Source of the DNA: Oscillospiraceae bacterium
Lineage (GTDB): Bacteria > Bacillota > Clostridia > Oscillospirales > Ruminococcaceae
Assembly: GCA_051658665.1 (NCBI GenBank)
Contig: JBOFNA010000045.1
Span: 1-39,855 of the forward strand
Length of the DNA stretch: 39,855 nt
Direction of reading: 5' to 3'
The translations under genes were made by a program, and so were the position numbers. The notes under the pieces are model-generated. The model did not search any database, was not told the DNA's origin, and saw only the letters and a program-made list of their open reading frames with translations. Position 1 is the stretch's first letter, and the number at the start of each line of letters is the position of its first letter. Below are positions 1 through 7,697 of this stretch, piece by piece.

Positions 1-82
1 CTATCGTGATAAAAATAACCTTTTTTAAAGTGCCCCCTAATGCTATTTAAAAGGATTTTCTAGATAAGTACAATTTGTGTCC

Positions 83-125
83 TTAAAAATAAACTATTGA
101 CTTTGTATAATAATTATATTACTAT
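83..125 (+). promoter_or_regulatory. candidate sigma-A promoter(s) for the rightward RHH/replication operon
   Basis: Two overlapping candidates: TTAAAA(83-88)-17 nt-TATAAT(106-111) and TTGACT(97-102)-17 nt-TACTAT(120-125). They lie about 80 nt upstream of the first + strand ATG. Confidence 0.45.
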
Positions 126-204
126 TAAAGTGCGTAAGGAAATAATAAAACGCTAAAAAATTATGTTTGTTTGAAAAAAATATACAAAGAAAAGGAGAAT
201 AACA

Positions 205-354
205 ATGAATAACAAAAGCAAAGTATTACCAATTACACTTAAAGGAAACCTTAAGGATTGGGTTGAGAAAAAATCAAAAGAATTAGGAATTTCACAGTCG
301 GCATATATTAGTCAATTAATAGCGAAAGAAAGAATTAAGGAAGAGGTGAAATAA
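205..354 (+). CDS. small ribbon-helix-helix (CopG/Arc-like) DNA-binding protein, 49 aa; not in the ORF track
   Basis: Hand translation: MNNKSKVLPITLKGNLKDWVEKKSKELGISQSAYISQLIAKERIKEEVK. Pattern is a beta strand followed by two helices. SD AAAGGAG lies 7 nt upstream. The stop overlaps the next ATG (TAATG). Confidence 0.6.
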   Translation: MNNKSKVLPITLKGNLKDWVEKKSKELGISQSAYISQLIAKERIKEEVK

Positions 355-1157
355 TGGCTCAAAAAAGAATGTTTGATAAAAGTATAATCGATAGCGATGC
401 ATTCCTTGATATGCCACAGACCACTCAACTTTTATATTTTCATCTAAATATGAGGGCTGATGATGAAGGTTTTCTAAATAATCCAAAAAGAATTATGCGA
501 ATGATTGGTTCAAGTGATGATGATATGAATATACTAATTTCAAAAAAATTTGTCTTAATTTTTGAAAGTGGAGTTATTGTTATAAAACATTGGAAAATTA
601 ACAACTATTTAAGAAATGACAGGGTAAAACCAACAACTTGTATTACTGAAAAAGCCCTTGTACAAAGCAAAGATAACGGTGCTTACACTTTTGGTATACC
701 AAATGACAACCAAATGACAACCATTGGTATCCATAGTATAGAAGAGATTAGATTAGAAGAGATTAGATTAGAAGAGATTAGATTAGAAGAGATTAGATTA
801 GAAGAGATTAGATTAGAAGAGAACGAGTTGCTTCACAACTCTTGTGTATTCAAAAACTTTTCAAAAAATGATTTAATTTCAATTTTGCAAGAATACCAAA
901 TTAAAAAAGATAAAACAATTGAAACTTTACCTCAAAAGAGATTTAAAGAAATGAATAAGTATTCAATAGAAGAAATAAAAAGAATGCTTGCATATTTCAA
1001 AGTACAATGGAGCAATCCTAAAATGAATAAGTATCTTAGAGTGTCAACGCTATTTAACTCTAAGTTCAATGAACGTATGATTGAAGCGTTAGATGCTAAT
1101 GTAGATTTGAGAATGACACAAAACTTTAGTCTAGAAGCTAAAGACATAATAATCTAA
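354..1157 (+). CDS. phage replisome organizer / replication initiator (N-terminal Phage_rep_org-like domain, conserved phage C-terminus)
   Basis: N-terminus KRMFDKSIIDSDAFLDMPQTTQLLYFHLNMRADDEGFL is typical of replisome organizers. The C-terminus YLRVSTLFNSKFNERM resembles the conserved phage C-terminal motif. A central EEIRL x5 repeat is encoded by the iterons. Confidence 0.8.
   Translation: MAQKRMFDKSIIDSDAFLDMPQTTQLLYFHLNMRADDEGFLNNPKRIMRMIGSSDDDMNILISKKFVLIFESGVIVIKHWKINNYLRNDRVKPTTCITEKALVQSKDNGAYTFGIPNDNQMTTIGIHSIEEIRLEEIRLEEIRLEEIRLEEIRLEENELLHNSCVFKNFSKNDLISILQEYQIKKDKTIETLPQKRFKEMNKYSIEEIKRMLAYFKVQWSNPKMNKYLRVSTLFNSKFNERMIEALDANVDLRMTQNFSLEAKDIII
741..822 (+). repeat. five perfect tandem copies of the 15-bp unit GAAGAGATTAGATTA plus a 7-bp partial copy (iterons, candidate ori)
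   Basis: Read directly: copies at 741-755, 756-770, 771-785, 786-800 and 801-815, partial copy at 816-822. The repeat is in frame and encodes (EEIRL)5. Confidence 0.9.
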
Positions 1158-1168
1158 GGAGTGATGAA

Positions 1169-1849
1169 ATGGATAAACAAAAAGAAGTGATAAGTCTATT
1201 TACTCAACTTAGCATAATTTACGACAAAGAAGTAACAAGCGATTTAGTGAATTTGTACATAACAATGTTCAAAGAAGAGAAATTGAACATTGATGAATTG
1301 ATATTGTCTATTAAATCGTATTTAAAGATTGGTAAGTTCTTTCCTAAACCAGCAGATCTGATAGAATTGATAAAACCACAAGCAACAAAACACAACCTAG
1401 GGTTGGAATATGCAACAGATTTATTGAAGTATGCTTCTGATTATGGCGTTAGTAGTTTAAGCAAAGTGATTTACATTCAGAACCAGCCACATTTAGTAAA
1501 TTGCCAAACGTGCTCAATCATGGGCGATAAGGTTTTGGAAAAGTATGGGCAAGCAGGGTATAAGGTGTTTGAAATTGTCAAGGATAGGTTAAGGATTTTG
1601 GAGCATGATGAGAACAATACATTCATTGCACAAACAAGGGATTTATTTAATTCTGTAAATGAGAGTTTTAAAGCTAATCCTAAAAAACTAGATGAAACCT
1701 TAAAATTAGGAAAGCCGGCAATTCAAAAATTGGAACAAACCAGCTTAACAGATGACATTGTTTTCCAACTACCAACGCCTAGAAGCGTGGAAGAGGCTAA
1801 AGAAATAGTAGAAAATCTTTATCCAAACTTGATAACAAGAATAGAATAG
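1169..1849 (+). CDS. putative helicase loader (SPP1 G39P-like N-terminal region) / replication accessory protein
   Basis: The N-terminal ~70 aa (VISLFTQLSIIYDKEV...LYITMFKEEKLNIDELILSIKSYLKIGKFFPKPADLIELIK) resembles the G39P loader family pattern ending in FPP/FPK..AEL. It sits directly after the replisome organizer. Confidence 0.4.
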   Translation: MDKQKEVISLFTQLSIIYDKEVTSDLVNLYITMFKEEKLNIDELILSIKSYLKIGKFFPKPADLIELIKPQATKHNLGLEYATDLLKYASDYGVSSLSKVIYIQNQPHLVNCQTCSIMGDKVLEKYGQAGYKVFEIVKDRLRILEHDENNTFIAQTRDLFNSVNESFKANPKKLDETLKLGKPAIQKLEQTSLTDDIVFQLPTPRSVEEAKEIVENLYPNLITRIE

Positions 1850-1978
1850 CAGGAGTATAGCATTTAAAGCCACACACAACGAGTTTAAGAGGTATTATAA
1901 CAAAATAGGTAAAACATTATACAAAAACCTTATCGTTGCGCGGCGGTGTCTTAAAACGAAAATAAAGGAGTGTTATAA

Positions 1979-2410
1979 ATGGAACACCAAATAAATATAT
2001 TTGAAATACTAAGACAAAGATTTTACTTTCCCAAAAAACATAAAATAAAATTATTTGAATGTTTTAGTGGAATTGGTTGTCAACGTATGGGGTTAGAAAG
2101 AATAACCAACAATTTTGAAGTTGTTGGCTATAGTGAGATTGATAAATATGCTATCCAATCGTATCAAACAATGCACAATGATGATAAATGCTTTGGTAGC
2201 ATAACAGATATAAAAGGCAGTGATTTACCTGAAATAGATGTCTTGACTTATTCATTTCCTTGTACAGATTTATCAAAAGCCGGGCAACAAAAAGGCATGG
2301 ATAAGAACACTAGAAGCGGGTTAATTTATGAAGTTTTAAGAATAATTAAAGAAACAAAAATAAATGGTAATATGCCTAAAGTCTTGATTATGGAGAATGT
2401 AGTGGACTAA
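1979..2410 (+). CDS. DNA (cytosine-5)-methyltransferase, N-terminal fragment (motifs I-VI), ends at an in-frame TAA
   Basis: Motif I FECFSGIGCQ, motif IV SFPCTDLS (catalytic Cys), motif VI IMENV. The stop at 2408-2410 is in the same frame as ORF 2483-3265. Confidence 0.85.
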   Translation: MEHQINIFEILRQRFYFPKKHKIKLFECFSGIGCQRMGLERITNNFEVVGYSEIDKYAIQSYQTMHNDDKCFGSITDIKGSDLPEIDVLTYSFPCTDLSKAGQQKGMDKNTRSGLIYEVLRIIKETKINGNMPKVLIMENVVD

Positions 2411-2482
2411 GTCCACACAAAGTTTGTAAATCAATTTAACGAGATACAACAAGAACTAGCAGAACTAGGTTATAGCAACTAT

Positions 2483-3265
2483 GTGCAAACTTTAAACGCT
2501 AAAAATTATGGTGTTGCACAAAATAGAGACAGAGTATTCATGGTATCTATTTTAGGGGATTATTATTATGAGTTTCCAAAACCATTTACTCTTGAAAAAA
2601 GATTAAAAGATTACTTATTGCCAATTGAAGATGTTGAAGAAAAATACTATTTGAGTGATAAAGCTAAAATGTGTTTTAGTGATATGACAGATAGAAATGG
2701 GCTAGTGCGTGGAGATAGATTTAACCCTGTAAAATTAGATGAAACAGATCAAAAAATTGCTACTTGCATTACTACAAGAGAAAGTAATGTTGCAACTAGT
2801 AATTACATCATAATCAATGAAGATGATAGGTATGGCATTGCCATACCTGAGGACACAAAAAAGGGTTATGCAGTTGCACAAGAGGGAGACGGAGTTTATT
2901 TAAATAGACCACATCAAAAAAGAGGTGTGGTGCAAGAAAGTATGGTTCAAACTCTTAAAACTTACCCTGATGTTGGAGTGGTGGTTAATCATAATGTTAA
3001 AAACATTAACAGTGAAGAAAATATTTTTAGCACTTTGGGCACTAATTGTGGAAGTAGTACAAGCGCTGGTGGTGGAGTAGTTAAAACAGATTTGGCAATC
3101 AGAAAACTAACGCCTTTAGAATGTTGGCGACTAATGGGAATTGATGATGAATATTTTTACAAAGCTCAAAGCGTTTGTAGCAATGCACAATTATATAAAC
3201 AAGCAGGTAACGGTATTGTAGTTGATGTAATGGAACAAATATTCAAACAAATGATAGAAGATTAG
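2483..3265 (+). CDS. DNA (cytosine-5)-methyltransferase, C-terminal fragment (motif VIII, long TRD, motifs IX-X)
   Basis: Motif VIII QNRDRVFMV, motif IX RKLTPLECWRLMG, motif X YKQAGNGIVV. It is in the same reading frame as 1979-2410. The first in-frame start is GTG 2483, which has a weak SD. Confidence 0.8.
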   Translation: MQTLNAKNYGVAQNRDRVFMVSILGDYYYEFPKPFTLEKRLKDYLLPIEDVEEKYYLSDKAKMCFSDMTDRNGLVRGDRFNPVKLDETDQKIATCITTRESNVATSNYIIINEDDRYGIAIPEDTKKGYAVAQEGDGVYLNRPHQKRGVVQESMVQTLKTYPDVGVVVNHNVKNINSEENIFSTLGTNCGSSTSAGGGVVKTDLAIRKLTPLECWRLMGIDDEYFYKAQSVCSNAQLYKQAGNGIVVDVMEQIFKQMIED

Positions 3266-3283
3266 TTCACATTGTGTTCACTG

Positions 3284-3312
3284 TTGACACTTTAAATTAA
3301 GTGTGGTATACT
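3284..3312 (+). promoter_or_regulatory. near-consensus extended -10 sigma-A promoter
   Basis: TTGACA(3284-3289), 17-nt spacer, TG(3304-3305) then n, TATACT(3307-3312). Expected TSS is near 3319. Confidence 0.7.
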
Positions 3313-3318
3313 TTAGAA

Positions 3319-3838
3319 GTAGCAAACAAAAACAAAATCATTCATCCCCTTGAAACACGATTTAGTTGAGTTTGCTGCAAACTTTCTTTTTTAAACCTTA
3401 TAGCGGAGTTTAACCGCTTATCAAACGTACCGTTAAGATACCTAAGAGGACTTGAGGGAGCAGATGTAAACTGCTAAATTAAATACACTCATTACTGGTT
3501 TGAAACCGGAAAAGGGACATAAAAAAATAGGTTAAGCCTGCTCCCAAAAGGTTGTTTATAAAGCTTTCCAACTGGTACACTGACAACAAAAGCTTAGATA
3601 TTAATGAGATTTGCAAGAGGAGTAATTACCTACCTGCAACAGGGCAATGGAGCTTAGACAACTCCTAAGGCTTATTAATTGAAATCCATGTTATAAGACT
3701 GATAGCAAGTGTCTAAACAAAGCTATAGCAATAAAAGAGGCGTGGGAGAGTTGTTAAACAGTTACAAGACCTTACAACACTTAAAGAGGTAACCCACGAG
3801 GGTTCACAACTAAACTTAACGAAAGTTGAGTTTTTTTG
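3319..3838 (+). ncRNA. candidate large (~520 nt) structured non-coding RNA, class unknown (ROOL/GOLLD-like context)
   Basis: No + strand ORF longer than 17 codons. Bounded by a consensus promoter and a terminator. Local G+C is about 40% in a 60-nt sample versus about 28% in a nearby coding sample. Several perfect helices are visible, for example 3456-3463/3538-3545, 3561-3567/3589-3595 and 3654-3660/3710-3716. Confidence 0.5.
3808..3838 (+). terminator. intrinsic terminator ending the non-coding transcript
   Basis: Stem AACTAAACTT(3808-3817)/AAGTTGAGTT(3823-3832) with one A.G mismatch, loop AACGA, and a run of 7 T (3831-3837). Confidence 0.6.
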
Positions 3839-3845
3839 TTTATAT

Positions 3846-3874
3846 TTGACATAACTTATCGTAGATGTTACAAT
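3846..3874 (+). promoter_or_regulatory. near-consensus extended -10 promoter of the HNH/terminase/structural operon
   Basis: TTGACA(3846-3851), 17-nt spacer, TG(3866-3867) then n, TACAAT(3869-3874). Confidence 0.65.
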
Positions 3875-3895
3875 ACCTTTAAAGAGGTGGTAGTA

Positions 3896-4231
3896 GTGGC
3901 ACAAAAGAATGGAATACGGGAAACAGGTTTTTACAAAAGTAAAGCGTGGAAGAACACATCTCGAAAAACATTTAACAAACATTTAGGGATATGTCAAATG
4001 TGTGGCAAAATAATAGGCGATGCAAGGTACGTAGCCGACCACATAACGGAATTAAACACGAATAACTATCACGATCAAACTTTAGCGTATGGCGAATACA
4101 ATTTGCAACTGTTATGTTTACCATGCCATAATAAAAAAACATTTACTGATACAACTACCGCTGAAGAAGATAATGGCAAATTAAGAGATAACGATATAGA
4201 AAGGTTGAGAAAAAAATGGCAAAAAAAATAA
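3896..4231 (+). CDS. HNH homing-type endonuclease associated with cos packaging
   Basis: CQMCGK...ADHI...LQLLCLPCHNKKT (HNH/CCHH). The GTG start at 3896 follows SD AAAGAGGTGG. The ORF-track extension back to 3836 would cover the promoter. The gene lies immediately upstream of TerS. Confidence 0.8.
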   Translation: MAQKNGIRETGFYKSKAWKNTSRKTFNKHLGICQMCGKIIGDARYVADHITELNTNNYHDQTLAYGEYNLQLLCLPCHNKKTFTDTTTAEEDNGKLRDNDIERLRKKWQKK

Positions 4232-4533
4232 CAAAAGAAAAATTGCAAAGTGATGTTTCTAGCGTTTATAGAACTCAACTTAAAACAATGAAAGAATTAC
4301 AAAAAGCAATTAAAGACGCTTTGGAAAGTGATGAGTTGTTTATAATATCTCCAGCTAACGGAAAATTAGTAAACCCAATAATAAAAGCGTACAACGAGAT
4401 GACGCCTAAATATCAAGCTACGGTCAAATTGTTGTTAAATGAATTTAAAGCAAAAGGGAATAATGGGGTTGAAGAAATGGACATAGGAAACTTTAGCGAC
4501 TTTATGAATGATGATGAAGAAGACGAATTCTAA
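4216..4533 (+). CDS. terS: terminase small subunit (P27-family-like)
   Basis: 105 aa with an acidic C-terminus. It sits between HNH and TerL, the canonical HNH-TerS-TerL arrangement. Confidence 0.6.
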   Translation: MAKKITKEKLQSDVSSVYRTQLKTMKELQKAIKDALESDELFIISPANGKLVNPIIKAYNEMTPKYQATVKLLLNEFKAKGNNGVEEMDIGNFSDFMNDDEEDEF

Positions 4534-6283
4534 AACAACACCAAAATTCAAAACACCACTGCACGAGTATATATGGCGCATTGACAATGGCAAAGTAGTA
4601 GCGGGAGAGTATCTTAAAAAAGAAATGGAAAGGAATAAACGTTATTTAGAAGATGATAGATACGAGTTAGATATAAAGGAATGTAGAAAAGCGATATTCT
4701 TTATATCTAATTTTTGCTTACTATTAGAAAGTGATGACCCTAAATTGATAGGAAAACCAATAACTTTATCCTTATGGCAAAAAGCATTTATATGTTCATT
4801 GGTAGGTTTTTACCACTATGTTGACGAGGAAAAAGTTGATCCAGATACGTTAGAATTATTAGGCTCTCAAAAAGCAAGAACAAGGATGACTAGAGAAATA
4901 TTTTTAATGGTTGCTTCTGGTAATGGTAAAACGACGTTACTTGCTGCAATTGCAATTTACTTGATGTTTGGCATGGATTTGTATGCACCTAAAGCATTCA
5001 TAGGTTCAAACGCTAAAGAACAGTCTAAGTTATGTTTTGATTACATAAAAAACATGGTTGAGAAAAACCCTCAACTCAACAAAATGGTAAGAATGCAAAT
5101 ATCCCAACTTAGAATGCAAACTAAGCACAACAATGGCGAAATATCAGCAATGGCTGGGGAACGTTCATCACTTGCTAAAGAGGGAATAAACCCTAGTATC
5201 CTTATACTTGATGAAGTACATGGAATGAAAGAAGACGAGTTCATATCTCAATTAAAAAAGAATATCAAACGTGATAACTTTATTATAGAGATAACCACAC
5301 AAGGCACATTAAGAGGAAAGTACCTTGATAGAAGATTGGAATATCTAAGAGAAGTATTGGACGGAGAATACGAAGATGATACAACAAGGATATGGTTATA
5401 TGAGCAAGACAGCTTAGAAGAGTTAGTTGACCCAGATAGTTTTGTAATTAATTGCAGAAAATCAAGTCCACAGGCAGGACTAACTGTAAAAATATCAAAG
5501 CTAAGAAATCTATTTGAGAGTGCAATGAGCGACAGAACAAAGACAGCAAGCATTCTTACAAAGTCGTTTAACATACCCCAAAACAGCACCGAGGCTTGGC
5601 TTTCTTTTGATGATTGTATCGTAAATAACTATGACTATAAAATACTAAAAGGCACTAAAGGTTTTTTAGGCTTAGATATGTCATTGACCACAGATTTAAG
5701 TTGTGTTACGTACATGACAGAAATCAATGGAAACGACTACATAAAGCAATGGTTCTACATGCCTAAAGACTTAGTTGAAAAAAACAGTAAAGAAGATAAG
5801 ATTGACTATCAATGGTACATTGATAAAGGATATTTATTTGCTCTGGAAGGATCATATATCGAGCAACACAAAATAGAATTAGAAATGGAAAGAATTGTCA
5901 AAGAAACAGGGATAGTGATATTACGTGTAGGAGCAGACCCAAACCGAGCGGATAGAATTATTTATAACTTTAGAACAAAGTACGGAAAAAACTTTGTGGA
6001 TGCCATTTACAACAAAAACAGAAAATTGATAACTCCACTAATCAACACGTTAAGCAGAAAATTCAGTAACAGAGAAATATATTTCAATAATAAGTTGCTA
6101 GAAATTCATTTAGGTGCTATAATTAAAGATGAAGATAAAGACGGTGGAATACTATTAAGGAAATATAAACAACGTTCAAGAATAGACGGAGGAGACAGTT
6201 TGGTTTACGCATATAAAGCCAAAGAGTTATTTGAGTTAGGATACAAAGGAGGTGGATCTGGTGGGTTTACTATCGAAGATTAA
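4508..6283 (+). CDS. terL: terminase large subunit (Terminase_1 family)
   Basis: Walker A MVASGNGKTT and Walker B-like ILILDEVHG. Size is 591 aa and the gene precedes the portal. Confidence 0.9.
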   Translation: MMMKKTNSKTTPKFKTPLHEYIWRIDNGKVVAGEYLKKEMERNKRYLEDDRYELDIKECRKAIFFISNFCLLLESDDPKLIGKPITLSLWQKAFICSLVGFYHYVDEEKVDPDTLELLGSQKARTRMTREIFLMVASGNGKTTLLAAIAIYLMFGMDLYAPKAFIGSNAKEQSKLCFDYIKNMVEKNPQLNKMVRMQISQLRMQTKHNNGEISAMAGERSSLAKEGINPSILILDEVHGMKEDEFISQLKKNIKRDNFIIEITTQGTLRGKYLDRRLEYLREVLDGEYEDDTTRIWLYEQDSLEELVDPDSFVINCRKSSPQAGLTVKISKLRNLFESAMSDRTKTASILTKSFNIPQNSTEAWLSFDDCIVNNYDYKILKGTKGFLGLDMSLTTDLSCVTYMTEINGNDYIKQWFYMPKDLVEKNSKEDKIDYQWYIDKGYLFALEGSYIEQHKIELEMERIVKETGIVILRVGADPNRADRIIYNFRTKYGKNFVDAIYNKNRKLITPLINTLSRKFSNREIYFNNKLLEIHLGAIIKDEDKDGGILLRKYKQRSRIDGGDSLVYAYKAKELFELGYKGGGSGGFTIED

Positions 6284-7643
6284 AAAAGAATATAACATTG
6301 TCAAAAACATTCAAACAATTGAAGCAACAATGGATAAAAAAGAAAACGATAACATCAACACATTTCTAGATCACTTAAGCACAAACAACGGAATGGTTAC
6401 AGGTGGTGGGGAATGGATAGTTGATAACATCTACCGCAGACTAGCAGATGAACTGTGTATGTTAAAATTCAAAGACATTATACGTAAAGACAACAAAGTG
6501 CTATTTCTTGAAAAGAGTGCAATTAACGATATTCTGAATTTAAGGGCAAACGACTTACAAACAAGCGCCGACTTCTTATCGACATTCTTTTATCAGATGT
6601 TCAGATATGGTAATGGGTTAGCTTATTTAGATAGAGATAGCAACAAAAATATTATAGGTTTAGAAAATATTGATGTAACATTGTATGATTTTGGTTTTGG
6701 GTATAATGAGAGTGGGAGCGAAAAATATCTATTACTAAGGGCAAAACCTAAAAACAATATAAATTCAACTGATAAAAAAACGAAGAGGTTTACATACAAA
6801 GGAAAAGAAAACAACAACACTGAAGTTATCGCAATAAAATATAGAGATGTAATCCATATGAGAAGAAGTTCGTTTAAAGTATTGCAAGGAGATAAATATC
6901 AACTTGATAACGACGTAGGCAATTTGCCCACGCTATTCAACAAAAACATACAAGCACAATTAACCGAATTCAGTAAAAACAATAGTGTAAAAGGTGTATT
7001 GAGTTTAAAAGGTGTAATGGGAGATGATGAAGCTAAAGAAAGAAAAGGAAAAGCATTCTTCAATATGCTAAATTCTTCTGGAACATCTATAGCAATAATT
7101 GATGACACTGAAAATTTTCAAGTCTTGAATAAAGAGTTCAAACCCACAAATAGCGATGATATAGACAAGATGATGAAATACTTGTATGCCTTTTATGGGA
7201 TAAACGAAAACATAATTAACGGAACATTCACTTACAAAGAGTATGACGCTTTTTACAACGCAACATTAGAACCAGTGATTACAAAGTTTCATCAAGAGAT
7301 AACATATAAACTCATACCACAAAAAGAGCGTCGTTATGGGCGTATGATAAACATCGTGAAACGTTCACTGGTTGGAGCAGATTTAAACCAATTAACCAAT
7401 TTCATGGATAAAGCTATCTACCATGGTGTAATGAATGTTAATGAAATGCGTGATGAAATGGGTCTAAGTTATGTAAATGGAGGAGATACTTTCTACACAA
7501 ACGCTAATGCTGTTGAGTTAGGAGGTAGTGAAACACCTAAAACTGAACAACCTAAAAAAACCAATTCAGAAATAGCAAAAGAAATGTTTAAAAATACGAA
7601 GGACGATAATTTAAAAACTGTGCTAATTGATTACATAGATTAG
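6261..7643 (+). CDS. portal protein (HK97-type)
   Basis: About 460 aa, immediately after TerL and before the prohead protease. I chose GTG 6261 because SD AGGAGG ends about 7 nt upstream. The ORF track starts at GTG 6252. Confidence 0.75.
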   Translation: MGLLSKIKKEYNIVKNIQTIEATMDKKENDNINTFLDHLSTNNGMVTGGGEWIVDNIYRRLADELCMLKFKDIIRKDNKVLFLEKSAINDILNLRANDLQTSADFLSTFFYQMFRYGNGLAYLDRDSNKNIIGLENIDVTLYDFGFGYNESGSEKYLLLRAKPKNNINSTDKKTKRFTYKGKENNNTEVIAIKYRDVIHMRRSSFKVLQGDKYQLDNDVGNLPTLFNKNIQAQLTEFSKNNSVKGVLSLKGVMGDDEAKERKGKAFFNMLNSSGTSIAIIDDTENFQVLNKEFKPTNSDDIDKMMKYLYAFYGINENIINGTFTYKEYDAFYNATLEPVITKFHQEITYKLIPQKERRYGRMINIVKRSLVGADLNQLTNFMDKAIYHGVMNVNEMRDEMGLSYVNGGDTFYTNANAVELGGSETPKTEQPKKTNSEIAKEMFKNTKDDNLKTVLIDYID

Positions 7644-7697
7644 CGCAGTTTGCCCAAACATTATAAATGTGTCCAAAAAAAGAACTTAAAGGAGGTG

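Noticed and set aside
741-822. Whether the regular 15-bp repeats are a CRISPR-like array or a minisatellite.
   Set aside because: The units are contiguous with no spacers, they are in frame within a replisome-organizer gene, and they are much shorter than CRISPR repeats. Iterons/ori is the parsimonious reading.
1931-1950. The GC-rich segment TATCGTTGCGCGGCGGTGTC resembles TATCGCGCGGGAACGGTGTG at 39822-39841 (shared TATCG...CGGTGT).
   Set aside because: Only 12 of 20 positions match ungapped. At this base composition a hexamer like CGGTGT is expected a few times by chance in 40 kb. I could not do an exhaustive count, so I do not treat it as a repeat family.
2408-2410. Alternative genetic code (stop-codon reassignment) as the explanation for the in-frame TAA in the methyltransferase.
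   Set aside because: It is the only in-frame stop seen in any recognisable gene. TAA, TAG and TGA all terminate well-delimited ORFs elsewhere, for example at 1155-1157, 1847-1849 and 20774-20776.
3369-3392. A short hairpin (AGTTT/AAACT) plus TTCTTTTTT early in the non-coding transcript, considered as a terminator or attenuator alternative to the 3319-3327/3370-3378 helix.
   Set aside because: The stem is only 5 A-U-rich base pairs, too weak to call. It is kept only as a possible alternative pairing within the larger RNA.
3713-3982. 89-aa - strand ORF spanning the non-coding region and the HNH start.
   Set aside because: It has no SD. It runs antisense across a consensus promoter, a terminator and the HNH 5' end. 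Its composition looks random.
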